A stretch of 63,981 bases of DNA, counting the filler, from Perkinsus olseni (taxonomy: Eukaryota), in assembly GCA_013115125.1 (NCBI GenBank). It is 6 parts of 6 records of this genome, joined end to end, with 100 filler letters (N's around TTAATTAATTAA, not from the genome) between each part and the next. Parts side by side here need not be neighbours in the genome. Positions count along the whole stretch, not along the records: positions 21,825 to 32,623 come from JABANN010000858.1; positions 32,724 to 43,513 come from JABANN010000859.1; 4 more parts are not named here. One strand, given 5' to 3'. A program made the translations under genes and the position numbers. The notes beneath the pieces were generated by a model that made no database searches, was not told the origin of the DNA, and saw nothing but the letters and a program-made list of their open reading frames with translations. Shown here piece by piece: positions 25,490 to 38,294 of this stretch (the first letter of the stretch is position 1; each line of letters opens with the position of its first letter).

Positions 25490-28270
25490 AAAGTAACGGC
25501 GGCTCTCCACCATTCAGCCATGAAGCGACACACTCTTCCACAGAAGCAACCCGCGCAAAGGGAGACGATGAACTCGGTGACGGCCGTCGAGATTGTCTCG
25601 AAGCCACGGGAGGAGGGCTCCCACCATCAACGGCTTTCTGCGACACCTGTTCACCGAGCGACAACTGGGCGATGAAATTATTGTGGAATATCATATACCT
25701 CGGGCGTGATTGCATCATTTGGGCCAGTGAGAGAATCCTCGTATTTACCGGAACGCTCGGCGCTCTTGAGTAATCTCGGCTGGGACTTCTTCCGACTGCG
25801 ACCAATCGAACTGCGAAGAGTAGATCGTCATAGTGATGGCCTTCGTCTGTGTGTAGCCACCATGCTTGCTGGAGGGCTATCAGCCACTGGAGAAGCGAAC
25901 TGACCTCACCTCGATGCCAGATGTATGTCGTCTTCAATATCGAGGCCAAGTTTAGCCCAGGTTGAGCCTTTGTCGAGCTGACCCTCCTCGACTGCTGGCA
26001 GAGTGAGCCTGAAGGGACTGTAGCTAATCTGAAATCGTTCTGATTTATCTCCTACTTGACAGGCCGAACACTTGAGCTCATCGGAACTGCTACGGGAGGG
26101 ATTTCGACGGTCCCTGATGGTGGGAGAGGATCTCCTGGATGACTCGGTTTGAGAGCGATGCTCATCAGCAGCGAGGGCAGCCTGACAGGACATCAGCTTC
26201 CGATCCACAGTGATTACGCGTCTCGAGGCCGATCCTGTCGAAAACACGCTCGACGAGTTCAGGAAAGTGAACTCTGGTAGATAGCTGTGGACAGACTGAG
26301 GGCAGCTCTCCTCGGCCCGGTGTCGGCTCCGGCATACCTCTCAAATTCCGCCCAGTTGATGACGCCCCGTCTGGAAACATCTAGCAACTTGAATAGGGTT
26401 GTGATGAGACCGTCATTGAGAGTGGCCTCCCCGAGGTGGCAGCTTCGCACCTAGTGGACACATCATCTCGTTCGTGAAGTCGGACCAAGTCGAGTGGAAG
26501 CGCAGCAGGTCACGGGAACATTCCATCCCAAAGGGGAAGCGTAGAATAGCATACCAGTTCATGAAAGGCTCCAATATCGACACAGCCGTCGATTTGGAAT
26601 TCCGTGAAGCGATGGCGTAGGTCCTCCACTGATATGGTCATGGATAGGGCATCATAATACAGGCTGGCGCGGCCAAGTGTTCTTCCCTCCTGGAAATGTT
26701 GTATAAAATTGACATCATGTCTCACACCATGATGCCTCTCGTGACTGTCTCCTTTGCCGGCCTAGTTCACGTATTGATGTTATTATACAATTCAACAAAG
26801 GTCTCATACCAACATTGCTCAGTGAGTCCTCAGCAGCGTTGTTTGGCTTGATGAACGGAGCCTATTCAACAGGCTGAACTAATAACCCTCAGAAAGGTAC
26901 GTCGGTGCTAGTCTAACTAAGCCGTACTGTCGGCGTTGGACTTCAAAGTCACACACACAGTGAGTCCTCGTCCGTAATGGTTATCGGTTGTAGTCGACAT
27001 CAATCACGACGAGGTTGGGTTCTCACTGCAGCTTCCCATCACTGCCGTCGAAAACACAACACTTGGGACATAAAATATCACAGAACGTATCTTCGAGTGT
27101 AAAATCGATACCATGAGGATGAGGCGAAGAGGACAGTTCCAGAATTGTTGAGATCAGTGTACGTGGCTGATGCCGAATTAGCGTGTCGTCATCGCGTCAG
27201 GGTCGGTACGGCAGAACCCTCGTCAATGATGGCATCCGACCGGTTGACAAAGACGTAGTCGCTCTCGAAGCTCCAGTCGTCCGATTCATCATCGGAATCT
27301 TCCTCTTGACTAGCCTGATGCATCATGACGGTTTGGTAGAGCTCCTGCTCCTTCTTGTCACTCTGAAAAGGACAACTGCCAACATCACGGCGAGAGGCAA
27401 CTAACCTTAATGACAACATCGGCATCCACGCCGTTTTCAGCGAGCTTTTGAGCGATCTCACTGGGCAGCCTCTGCTGCAGTAGCCTCTCTGCATTTCGGA
27501 ACACCATGGCGTTGGTGTAGGAGGCGTCAGAGCATGCTGTCACTCGAAACAGATTTATCATACCTCAGGGAATGCAGTCGACGAGGTCGTTTGATACTTG
27601 GCACTTACTTCCGACTAGCAGACCCTTGCTCTTGCTCACTGCGTCGTGAGGGACTCCCACCAAGCGTACCTCCAGTACGAAGTAGTTACCCCATACGCCT
27701 CTTTTAGTGACCTCAACCTGTGGGAACACGAACCACATCACTTCTGAACGCCTGGCTGCCCTTAGGCGACAGCACCCTGTCAGCGAGATGAATGCATCAC
27801 GCATGAAATCGCCAAAAATCGCATTGACAGTTCCAGAATAGAAACGTCCGGACTTTGATTGATCCTCTAGATTGGAAATCATCGATGATAATCAGTCGCC
27901 GTGCAGTGAAGTTGAATAAGTATATACCGTCAAGTTTCTATGATACACCATCATGCTGACCTGCAGGCTGTGCTCTCCTTTAAGAGTGGCCTCCAACCCC
28001 TCCAAGCATGCCGTAGCCACCCTGTCCGTTACTGCTGTATCGTGGATAATCAAGGATGCTATGTGGTACATCATTTGACCTGACGACCATGAGTATCATG
28101 CCTACCGAGAGCCTTCTCATGTCTGAACTCACTCAAGATTCCTCGACCCGTCCGTTTCTCAATGCTGTCCTCCACTATGCTGCTGCTGTTCTTGACCACG
28201 ATGTTCAGATATAAAACCATTGGATTCTCCCAACTGCTGATAGCTAACTCCACCCGACCCTCGAAAGGAA
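25490..28270 (-). CDS. Multi-exon hypothetical protein with EF-hand-like motif(s)
   Basis: Exon ITTLFKLLDVSRRGVINWAEFERYA (EF-hand-like loop), LRHRFTEFQIDGCVDIGAFHEL, and an acidic tract EEDSDDESDDW. Ends uncertain. Confidence 0.5.
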
Positions 28271-28356
28271 CGCGGCACTATTCCCAGAGCTCGTATGCAT
28301 TACAATCATCGTCAGCACGAATCATCATCGACGGGAGTCTACAGTGACAATAATGT

Positions 28357-29470
28357 CTATTGAACTGAATTAATCGAATCTTGAGCCATCACGCTCTTGG
28401 CCGGCTCGCGCGACGCTTGGAAGAGCTCTTCGGAGTTCTGACGAAGGAACAGATAAGTTGAAGACGGCAGCCCTTCGTACCCTTTCCCAGATTTAGGCTC
28501 GGATCTAGCCGGCGAGGAAGGCGCGCCACTAGCACGCGAGGAGGATCGAGCCCTAGTGGACCTGATGGAGCCAAATATCGAGCCACTTCCATACCACACC
28601 ACTCTCACCTCTTCTGCGGCTCGGCATCCTCAGCCTTGCGCTCAGTGGAGCGGCCACGAGCCTTGCTGCCACCAGTCTTGGCTGCCTTCTTCTTCGCGGG
28701 CTTCTTCTCCTCCTTCGGCTTACCCTCCTCCTCAGTAGCCGACGCGTCGCCAACCCCTCCCTCCTCTTCTTCCCTCGAGGCATCGGCCGGTGATGCCGCA
28801 GCAGCGCTCACAGCGGCAGCGATGCGAGCTGAGATACGCAGCTGGTACATTGCCGACTTCGATCCGGCACGGGGCCAACGATGGTGCGGTCAGCCAACTC
28901 CACAATTTAGTGCGTATGGATTCCGGCCGGCCTCGCTCGAGCGACCGTAGGTCCATGAGATTGAGTTAGAGGACAATCCAAGAGGCGGTAGCCCATCCTC
29001 ACCATCTTCCTCCATCGATCTGGTTATGTGTCTAGAGCCTACGATGAAGCTGGCGACGACAACGATGAAGGATATGCCAATCGCCATCAGATTGTATCTG
29101 ACGAGGAATGAGGTGAGACTCAGAAATGCCAGGCTGTGGAGGGCTACACATTCTGAGGTTGATCCGCCCATGTAACTTTGTAGACGTTGGACCACCACTC
29201 GACTGCCTCTCGCCAAGCCTCTTCCATCCTGAGCATGGACAACAGCTTCGTCGGCGCGGACACAAGTTAGGACGTTACCGAGTCTTCCAGCATACTCCTC
29301 CACCCTCTGTCTCGCCATCCTCAGCCACAACCGCAGTCATCCCTTCCGTGGCGAGAACCATCAACGCACGAAGGGACCTCAAGATGCTCTGGGAAGAGAC
29401 TGAGAAGCTTTTGAGCATTCTGATTGTATGGGAACGTGAAAGAATCACTGCTAGACTCTCCCGTGGCATG
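28357..29470 (-). CDS. Hypothetical membrane protein with charged low-complexity C-terminus
   Basis: TM-like MAIGISFIVVVASFIVG followed by EEEGKPKEEKKPAKKKAAK and an S/R-rich exon. Confidence 0.4.
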
Positions 29471-30357
29471 GCATCAGCGCAGGACGATTAACAGGAACAC
29501 AAGATTGAAGAAAGATGTGGAAATGGAGATACTGCGGATTAGCGGCAGCCGGGAAGACTGTCTTCTAATAGAACTCAGTTCAACTTCATTGCATTCAGCG
29601 AGGATAACCCTGTAATATACGGAATGACGTAGCGCTGCTCCCTAGGGAGACTGACGACGCTAGTCAGAATCCGGCGGCGGCGGCTTCACATGACGACGCG
29701 CCCTCGAGGAGGATGAGAACTCCTTGAACTCTTGGATCAGATGCCTGACGATTGGCACAAATTTCACATCGGTCACTCGAGTCGTCTCACCGCGGCAAAT
29801 TCGGCGCCGGCTCCCAGGTGCTCGACGTTGGGGGGTATCCGACCCACGTGACGAGGAATCTGCACATGCGAAGGACTTTGGCAGGACCGCGTCGCCGTGC
29901 TCCCTACTCCTCTCCATCTCCCACCATCCTCGAGTCAACGATGCTGTCGATCTCGTACACCCTACCGTCATCTCCTGCTATCTTAGTCGGCACCGGGCTC
30001 GGTCTACCGGGGATTCTGCAACATAAGTCGGCCATTGCCTCCTCAGAATCACCCAGGGGAGGCACCTTGATCTGATGTGCTCCTCGGGGCTATCACTCTC
30101 CATAATGGTGGATGACGCCGGAGTCATCTGCTTCTGCGGCGTACTGGTCCTGGAAGAGTGAGACTTGGGCTTGGCCCTGTGCGATGGCGACCTTCGAGTT
30201 GAGCCCTGGGATGGTATGGCAGGAGGAGCAGGCTTGTGTGGCTCAGTGCCAGATGGCCTGATAGCGAGTGATACAAGGACCGTGAACTCCGAGGAACTCC
30301 GGGCAGCGATCAGCTAAGGCTAGGGTGAGTGAGTACTGATAACGGCCTCCCATGGTC

Positions 30358-31250
30358 TCACTCGGCCGTGGGGATATCGCGGCGACCCCGACTGGTACTG
30401 CCCCTTCTCTTGGCAGATGAGCTCTTCTCGAAGGCAGAGTCGCGGACGGAGATCGACGGCCTTCTCTGTTTGCGACGCAAACGATCATCTGAGGCGGGGA
30501 ACGGTTTCGCATCGTATGGATGGACCACTGCCTCACCCTCTCTCCTAGCCTTGAAGACGTACTGTCTAACCATGAGTACGAAGACCAGCGTGACCGAGGA
30601 GAATCCGAGGAGGAAAGTCAGGAGGTTGAAGCTGAGAACGTAGCAGAACCCAAAGATGCTCGGTATGGATCATCATCAGTCACGAATCGAAAATAATACG
30701 AGGATCTCAGACGGCAACAGCTCTAACGGCCCCACAAAGAAGCTTCTGATCCAACCCATAGACGCTGACTGCATAGCAAGGCTGCTACGGAAGGAACACT
30801 GCGGTCTGAGCAGGTCCCCACCTACGAGTTCTGTATGAATTAATGCAGACCAAGATGAGGATGATGGGCGTCAATATTGCCAACGATGATGATGAGTACG
30901 ATGCTGTATTCCATACCATCACTTACACAACTTCTGGCTGCTCAACCCACACGGCTTGATATACCTTATGAAGCCAGGCCGATACTTCGCCTTGGAAGTC
31001 CACTAGCCTGACGACAACCGCGCGCCCTCGCCCGCCGTTTTGCACATCAGCAGACCTACATTTCACTGCTGATAATATGAGGCATACCAGTTTGAGGAGA
31101 AGAAGAAGGACCCGGCCTGTCCGCAGCCAGGGCTAGGGAGCACAGCCCTGAGAGGCCAAGTGCTAGCCAGTGACGAGGCGCCAAGGCAACCATGCTTGAA
31201 ATAACGGCTCGAAAAGTGTGGCCTAGCAGCTACTACACAATACAGTGATT
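30358..31250 (-). CDS. Hypothetical polytopic membrane protein, multi-exon
   Basis: Hydrophobic exons SIFGFCYVLSFNLLTFLLGFSVTLVFVLMV and LAILTPIILILVCI. Ends uncertain. Confidence 0.4.
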
Positions 31251-31455
31251 CCAATGCGGTCGTCCCGCACCGTCCTCTTATTGGGAGTCTCGAGAATCAC
31301 TCCCAACCGATCGTGCAACTCAAGGTTATCGTTAGTAAGCTTGATTATACAGAATTACGCAGCATTACAATGGGCGAAGGAGATATTCTCAATACAGATT
31401 CGTCGACAGGAGCGATAATGATAACAGCGAAAGAACAACAGCTTCACGGGAAAAC

Positions 31456-32346
31456 TCAGTCGAGCGGTATCATGTCCTCGGCGAACTCGGAGAGAACCTC
31501 TGGATCTCGCGACCTCTTCGCCCCGTGCTTCAGCTTCTGCTCGACCTCGTACTTCCGCCGTGCATCGGCGCGCTCCTACGAAGATAGTGGATCGAGTCGG
31601 AACTGCGCCCGAAGATCAAGATAACGACTCAGCGACATGACTGGCCGCCAGATAACATAGAACCCGAGAGGGTTACGACATGCTCAAGAGAGCATCTTGA
31701 GTCAGCAGGGGCTTGGAGCGAGCCCCTGGATCGATTCGAGACCGACTGTGCCTACTTTCTTCCACTCTGAGGCAGGAATGTTTGCAGCCGGTTCCCAAGT
31801 GGCTGCCGAGTCAGGATACCCCTCCCAGGCGACGTTATACCTATACCCGTTGAATGAGCATATAACAGAAAAAGAAGGGGCTCATGGGACTACTCTTCTA
31901 CGCTCTTCCCGCGTCTCCGGTATCCCAGTATATCACGTACAACATACACTATCTCCCCAGTCTCTGGAGAGACGAAACCCTGGCGGAACCTGCAGTACAC
32001 CACTCATGACCCAGGCAGCACAGACAAATTCTTGTTCGGGGAGGAGCACTTCATGGGGTGTCGGTCGTACACCACGGGCTTACTTGGCAAGACTTATGTG
32101 TCCACCAGCCTCCATCTGCTTATCAGCTACTTGGAGGCTCATATGAGCTTCGCTCCGCTTTCCTGTAGTAGAGGTCCTCGATGATGGGGGAGAGTGTGAG
32201 TCCTTTCTAGCTTTCTTCGACCTCGGTTGTCTGGTCTTCGGCGTTTTCGTGACTCGTCGACTGGACGAGTCCCGTGTGGATGCATCACCGTCACCACTAG
32301 AGTTGTTGGATGCCGGTGGCTTGGCCGTCCGTAGGCGCCGGGACAT
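31456..32346 (-). CDS. Single-chromodomain protein with basic N-terminus (HP1/Polycomb-type chromo)
   Basis: Splicing two exons gives EIVYVVRDILGYRRRGKSVEEYNVAWEGYPDSAATWEPAANIP, a canonical chromodomain with Y/W/Y cage residues. The N-terminal exon MSRRLRTAK... is K/R/S-rich. Last exon ERADARRKYEVEQKLK...MIPLD*. Confidence 0.85.
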
Positions 32347-32405
32347 GATCGGAGCTTGAGCCACTGACTCCCACCGAGCCGCCCGAGTGGTCGGGCCAAC
32401 GACTC

Positions 32406-32503
32406 GGGGGGGGGGGCGGGGCGGGCGCCGGGGGGGGGGGGGGCGCGGCCCCCGGGGGGGGGGGGGGGGGGGGGGGTGGGGGGGGGCGGGGCGGGGGGGG
32501 GGG

Positions 32504-32542
<39 letters not shown>

Positions 32543-32556
32543 GGGGGGGGCCCCCC
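32406..32556. repeat. Poly-G tract near contig end, probably a sequencing artefact
   Basis: ~150 bp almost pure G, ~70 bp from the gap. Confidence 0.7.
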
Positions 32557-32623
32557 CAGCCGAAGGCGCAAGACCTCTGTCAAGTCACTGCTGTGTCTCC
32601 ACGCCCCATCCGGGCTGAGGATA

Positions 32624-32723
32624 NNNNNNNNNNNNNNNNNNNNNNNNNNNNNNNNNNNNNNNNNNNNTTAATTAATTAANNNNNNNNNNNNNNNNNNNNN
32701 NNNNNNNNNNNNNNNNNNNNNNN
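32624..32723. other. Artificial contig spacer
   Basis: N44-TTAATTAATTAA-N44. Confidence 0.98.
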
Positions 32724-34931
32724 AACAACAACAACAACCAGAGCCAGCAGCCCAAAGGGCTCTCATGGTTCTGCGTTCTCGGTCGAATATTGTTCAGCAA
32801 TAGTTCTTATCATCGTTGATGATAATTCTGTTGTCTCTCTCAGTCGCACGGCATTGTGTTTCAGTGAGACGACAGCATCGAAATGATGCTACGCTTAAAA
32901 TGCCCGATGACAGCAATCGTGGCGCCGCGTGATTGGCGCGAGCAGTACAAGGTCTTACAATAGCCACGTCTTCTCGCTTGAGGGCGGCCCTTTACACGCC
33001 TATATGCAACCTACTCTGCTCTGTCCTAGCTGTCGTTCCTTCGGCACACTTAAGACGGAATGTTCACGACCGGTGCGCTGAAACCTCGTACACGTGAAAT
33101 TTCGCCAATTGATATCTCGTATGCTGATAAAGCGTACACACAGAATCTACTGCCTTTTCGAATGGGTTCCGCGGATGTGCCCGGAGCGCTGGATTCGTTC
33201 AATATCTCGTTCTGCGCTGCGTCACATTGCTGTATGATACATCGGTGATTCAAATGGTTGGTACGTGAGGATGGAATTATACGGCAGTAAACCACTACCT
33301 ATGCCCCAGACTAATCCCTTATGCGTGCTCCTCGGATGATTCTCAGTTTTTCGATGCCCTTCATGAATGAGACGTGTGCGAACTGTAAGGTGAATCGGAA
33401 GTGTACGGCTCCCCAGTGTAGCAAATATTAGTGTATGATATTCTAGTGTACCAGCTTGGGGTGTACCATTCTTGAGTATAGTCGACTATCATTCACGAAT
33501 CTCCAGTGGAATGAACCTCAGTGTACGGGTTTACAATGCACGAAATAATGGCCCACCAAGAGGTATACGAGTTTCGTGTGAACGGGATTCATGTGTATAA
33601 ACCGTCCCGAAAAACTGAGTCAGTCTCAGCGTGGGACGCCATATCGATCATCAATGATGCCCATGATGATGGCTGGAGAGGAGAACACCTGCGTTTGTTA
33701 ACCGGATCCTGCCACCACATACCGCAGCCTCGACTCCATGAAAGCCTTCGGAATCGTCGAAGATCACTCTAGTCTCGAGTAGCATGAGCGGTAGCGGGCA
33801 GGGTGTCCTTAAAGTACTCCCGAAATCGCGGAAAGTTTCCGGAGAATCTTTCCCGGAATCTATCCGCAAATTTTCGAAAGTTTCTGAAATTTGCGAAAAA
33901 CGGTATCAATGCCGATTCGGACGTTCCGAGCCAGTTCCAAGGCATTCTCGGCTCTCGGTGAGAGCCTCTCGCGAAAACCGATAGGAATCCGGGACCGAAG
34001 GCTCCGTTCGGAGTCGTAGGAACGACCAAACGGGTAGCTATGTTCCTCCCACTTAACATGTCTTGACGTGACATGTAGAGTTGAAGGAACCTATTGCACG
34101 GTTCAAGGAGCTGTGGATGATGAAGAGGCTGGTCTCCTGCGTTGAAATTTTCTCACTTTCGAAAACCCACAGCGTTCATGTGCATCTTTTCCGAGCGAGC
34201 GGGCCCGGCAGAGATGTCCGTGACGTCCCATCTGTGGGCCAAGGGAGTGGCTCACCTGCTCCTGCTCCAGAGCCTTGGTGCTCCCGCCGCGGAGCCCGTG
34301 GTTTTCAACCTTACAAGGTTCCTACTCGAGTGTGGGATCCCGCTGGACGTAAAAATATAACTGTCCAAGCTGCAGCGCCATTCGTCGGTGAATCACCAAC
34401 GGCGATACCATCGGGCAAGTGAAGGTTATTGATCTGTCTGTCCTTCTGCCTCTTCTATACAGAACACATACACAGACGGTAAGTAACCGGAGCCGCGGCT
34501 CCTCGCTTTTGTCGAGGCCTCCTAGGCTGATGATCTGTGTAATGGTTGCAGAGGAGCGAAACTCCGCTCATAGCAGTTCAGGATGTCAATCCCGCAGAGG
34601 CAGCGGCATATTCGTCGACATCGAGTGGTTGTTTCTACTTCGCATAACTGATCACCATTCTCTTCCCGTGCGTTCGCAAAAAAAGCCGCGTTATGAACAT
34701 ACACCTTGTAATTGACAGAGTCGTGGGGCGCGTAGTGTTCATGAGTTATTGATGAACCAAAAACAGTTCGTGAGAGACCCGGCTGATATCTTTCCTATTT
34801 AGGACCGCAATAATGACAGTAAAAACATATTGCGGTGTAACAATTACGGGCGAGAAGCTCGGCGGCAAATGATTCCTGCTGGCGTCGCAGTTCAAGATGG
34901 GTAGCGAGATTGCGATGAGGTTGATCGACTT

Positions 34932-35333
34932 TCACGAAGTGATAAAAACCTTCTTGCCAAGGGGATGACCGCAGTTCGGGCAACTGTGTTTCGCCTCCTG
35001 ACAGCTATCGCAGCAGAAGGGTAACCAGAAGAGGGGCCAGAAGAGTAAACACAGTAGACAGCAGCAGATGTAGGTACCTGAGGTACAGGAATCATCGGCC
35101 GGGCAACGACCAAGACGACAAGTGAACTCACCGCATTTGGACTCGTGTTCAACTCTGGTGACGACCTTGTTCTTGCAGTTGGGACAATCTAGAGTGACCG
35201 GGTCATCACCGAACTCGGGCATGTAAACCACGGCGACAGGAGGAGGGGTGGCAGCCATGGGCTGCCCGATCATCGCGGGTCCACTCGCCGCAGCGGGCTG
35301 AGCGGTACCAGGCTTAGTTTCTTCGTAACTCAT
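34932..35333 (-). CDS. LITAF-like zinc-ribbon membrane protein, copy A
   Basis: MSYEETKPG...FGDDPVTLDCPNCKNKVVTRVEHE [54-nt intron] GTYICCCLLCLLFWPLFWLPFCCDSCQEAKHSCPNCGHPLG. CxxC / hydrophobic segment / HxCxxC signature. Confidence 0.93.
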   Translation of the reverse strand: MSYEETKPGTAQPAAASGPAMIGQPMAATPPPVAVVYMPEFGDDPVTLDCPNCKNKVVTRVEHESKCGEFTCRLGRCPADDSCTSGTYICCCLLCLLFWPLFWLPFCCDSCQEAKHSCPNCGHPLGKKVFITS

Positions 35334-35453
35334 TATCACAACGGGGACTGGCACTGTGGTGAGTACGACGCTCCCAGCACACAACACTGCCCGAAACTAG
35401 ATTGAAAATACCGAGTAGAGAAGTAGTGAATTAGATGACCCAATGGGAGAAGG

Positions 35454-35816
35454 CTATGCTGTGATGAAAACTTTCTTGCCAATCTCAGAGCCACAGTTAG
35501 GGCAGATGTGGCGAGCTTCCTGACATTGATGGATGAGGAAAGGCATCCAGAAAAATAAGAAACAAAAAACACAAATAATACCGCTGCAGATCCAGGTGCC
35601 TGAGAATGATGGGCTGTTGCCGGCGGTCAGCTGCAGATCCGACCTACCGCAGCTCACTTCATGTCTGACGTCGGTGATGACTCTGGTGTGGCATCTTGGA
35701 CAGGTGAGGACGAGCGGCTTATCACCAAACTCATGAGTTACTATAACGGCTGGGGGCTGTCGGACCATCACGACAGGTTGGCCAACCACCACTGCTGGGT
35801 TGGGCTCTATTGCCAT
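35454..35816 (-). CDS. LITAF-like protein, copy B
   Basis: FGDKPLVLTCPRCHTRVITDVRHE [48-nt intron] GTWICSG...HICPNCGSEIGKKVFITA*. Confidence 0.93.
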   Translation of the reverse strand: MAIEPNPAVVVGQPVVMVRQPPAVIVTHEFGDKPLVLTCPRCHTRVITDVRHEVSCGRSDLQLTAGNSPSFSGTWICSGIICVFCFLFFWMPFLIHQCQEARHICPNCGSEIGKKVFITA

Positions 35817-36017
35817 TATGTGGAGATGAGCTGACAAGTGAGGCTATGTCGAACAGCCGGGAGAGGACGGACCAGTCAGGTCTACGAGGCTATTGTGTCA
35901 CTAACAACTCGACGAACCGCAGAAGCGGGGCGGGGAAGAGGCAAAAATACAAAATCATAGTTCATTCGTTGAGATTGACGAGATGTTCCTGCACGATGGA
36001 GGAATCTTAAAGGGTCA

Positions 36018-36453
36018 TTAGCTTGTTATGAAGACTTTACGGCCGACACTACGGCCGCAGTTAGGACAGGAGTGATCAGCCTGTTTACAGGAGTCGATGC
36101 AACATGGCAACCATGCAAGAGGCCAGAATACTAAGCATACCAACAGAACAGCCAACCACGTACCTGAGCGCCAGCTCAACATCCGGAACACACAAGCAAG
36201 CCCTCCCGAGATTCGTACCGCAAGAGATGTTGTGTTTAACATTGGTGATGACTTCACAGCGACAAGAAGGACAGGTTAGTCTGACCGGATCGTCACCGAA
36301 GCTCGGCATGTAAACGACAGCCGCGGGAGGCTGCACGAAGACGGCCTCTGACTTGTTGAACATCTGCGGCTGCTGTGGTTGGTATGGCTGGCCCACTACC
36401 ATCGGAGGTGGGGCGGTTGGGTAGCTATCGGCCTTGCCTGGAGGAGTGGACAT
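36018..36453 (-). CDS. LITAF-like protein, copy C
   Basis: MSTPPGKADSYPTAPPP...FGDDPVRLTCPSCRCEVITNVKH [55-nt intron] GTWLAVLLVCLVFWPLAWLPCCIDSCKQADHSCPNCGRSVG. Contains a PTAP motif. Confidence 0.93.
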
Positions 36454-36777
36454 TGTGAAAACTACAGCGAAGGATGATGGTGAGCACTCCTTGGCGGTGA
36501 CGCCTGGGGTGACACCATCCCGTCACGACCGACCTAAACGCACTGATGGCTCCATCATAAAGGCAACTTCTGTGTGTTGAGGCCAATCCGGGAGGCGAGG
36601 GGATCGATACCTCTGTCTGTTACGTGCCCTCCTCTGAATGACGGCACACCTGGTCGGAGGGGCAACGCCGCGAGACAGCGAGTCTCTTTGGAATAGCGCG
36701 CGCCCAGACCAACACGATAGGAGAGCCAGGGCGGAGAAACACGATGAAGGAATTTTACAGCAGTTATGATGGCGGTT

Positions 36778-38116
36778 TCAGTCGAAGGGACTCAATCCCG
36801 ATGATGGGCTGCTGCTGCTGCTGACTGCAGGGACGACTTGAACGTATTGTATCTCATCAGGCATCTGAAGAGGCTTCAGTCAAGGATAGGGAGAGGCACC
36901 TCCGAGCGTACCGTGCAAAATCGAGTAGAGTCATGTCGGGCCAGTTGGGTTTGACAAAACATATCAAAGTCTCTGGCGTTATCTGCCACAGCAGAAAATC
37001 CGACAGTCTCGTCTCGCCTGATGTGCCTGAAGGATGAGCTTGAGACAACTACCATGGCGACATGATTTGTATCTTCCATGGTTAGCCTGAAGATACGCGG
37101 CTTACGTAGGAGGAGATCAGGTGGAGGCGTGCCGGCACTGTACAACTGGGCCTCGATATCCGACCACGCCAAAGGAGCACCTGCACGCGTCACGCTAATT
37201 TTGCACGCATGCACAAACTACCGCCTCACCACGCGACTGCTGTTTCTCGGTGCTCTTCGCCACAATCGCCTTGTCGACAGCCTGCGATACCTCCAACTTG
37301 CTCGAGTAAGAGAACAGAAGATTCAGCGTGGCTAAGATACGGGAAATCAATAAGAAGGCAATCCAGGCGACTCACCATTGGCGGGATACTTGCTGGTCTT
37401 CGCCTCCAGTTCGATACATTTTTCATGGATGTCCGGTGGAAGCAGAGACAGATCGCCCCAAAACTTCACGCAGATACTATGTCGCTCCTGAAGCAGCGCA
37501 CAAAACAGGTTAACCTCTATGGATAATCCATGACCATCATGGCATGATGCAAAAGATACTCACCAGGAAACCATTGTGCTGACCGAGCTCGGCGAACTTG
37601 CTGCTAGCCAGGTCCATCAGGTAAGTGACCTCCTCACGCGATCGATTGAAATTGTCAACGCTGAAGGTATATGCTGAGACATATTTGACACCGAGATGAA
37701 GACACCACTTCAAAACCTGAGGAAAAAGGTATTTTTCCGGCTGCGTAAAGATACTCTTCCGACCTGCAGTAGTTTCTCGTATCCGTATCGATGGCCTTGA
37801 ACTTTCGGTAGATGATGAGAAGTCGCGTATCTTCTATTGCCGTCCATTATGAATGCGACATGTTCGGGTACACTACCCCGTCTCAGTATCTACCGATTTC
37901 AACAATCTCTCCCCGATGGCGACTACGGTGTCACGCTACTACATTGATAGCGAGCCTCTCCCAGTAGCTGAGTTCCATGTCCAGATCATCATCAGCCCGA
38001 GATGATGATAGTGTTTTAGCAGTTACGGGTGATGCCGATGACGACGAGGTGGTAGAGGCAACATCAACATCAACAGCAGCGGCAGGAGCCCCCGACCCAG
38101 CGGCATCAATCGTCAT
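36778..38116 (-). CDS. cis-prenyltransferase (dehydrodolichyl/undecaprenyl diphosphate synthase family), multi-exon
   Basis: Motifs VPEHVAFIMDGNRRYA, GHRYG, AYTFSVDNFNRSREEV, PDLLLR-TSGETRLSDFLLWQ. Stop position approximate. Confidence 0.95.
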
Positions 38117-38294
38117 CTAGAGGGCAAACGTAGAAACGAAAAAACTGGCGCCATCACCTCTCTGTGAGTATTATTCGGCCCGTACTACGCTCAACAGAAT
38201 CAACATAAAGATTGAAACGTGCTTGCATGCATACTCGACTGCTATTCAGAGGTGTAACCTATTCACGCCTCGGTTCAAGCTAAGATACGTGTAC

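Noticed and set aside
32354-32364. TGGCTCAAG just upstream of the chromodomain ATG as a relict spliced leader
   Set aside because: Only 9 nt match the dinoflagellate/perkinsid SL 3' end, and similar strings occur elsewhere by chance.
32080-32679. Poly-Pro / poly-Gly ORFs and a possible G-quadruplex
   Set aside because: They derive from a near-pure G run next to a contig end, typical of sequencing artefact; the real gene appears to start at 32346.
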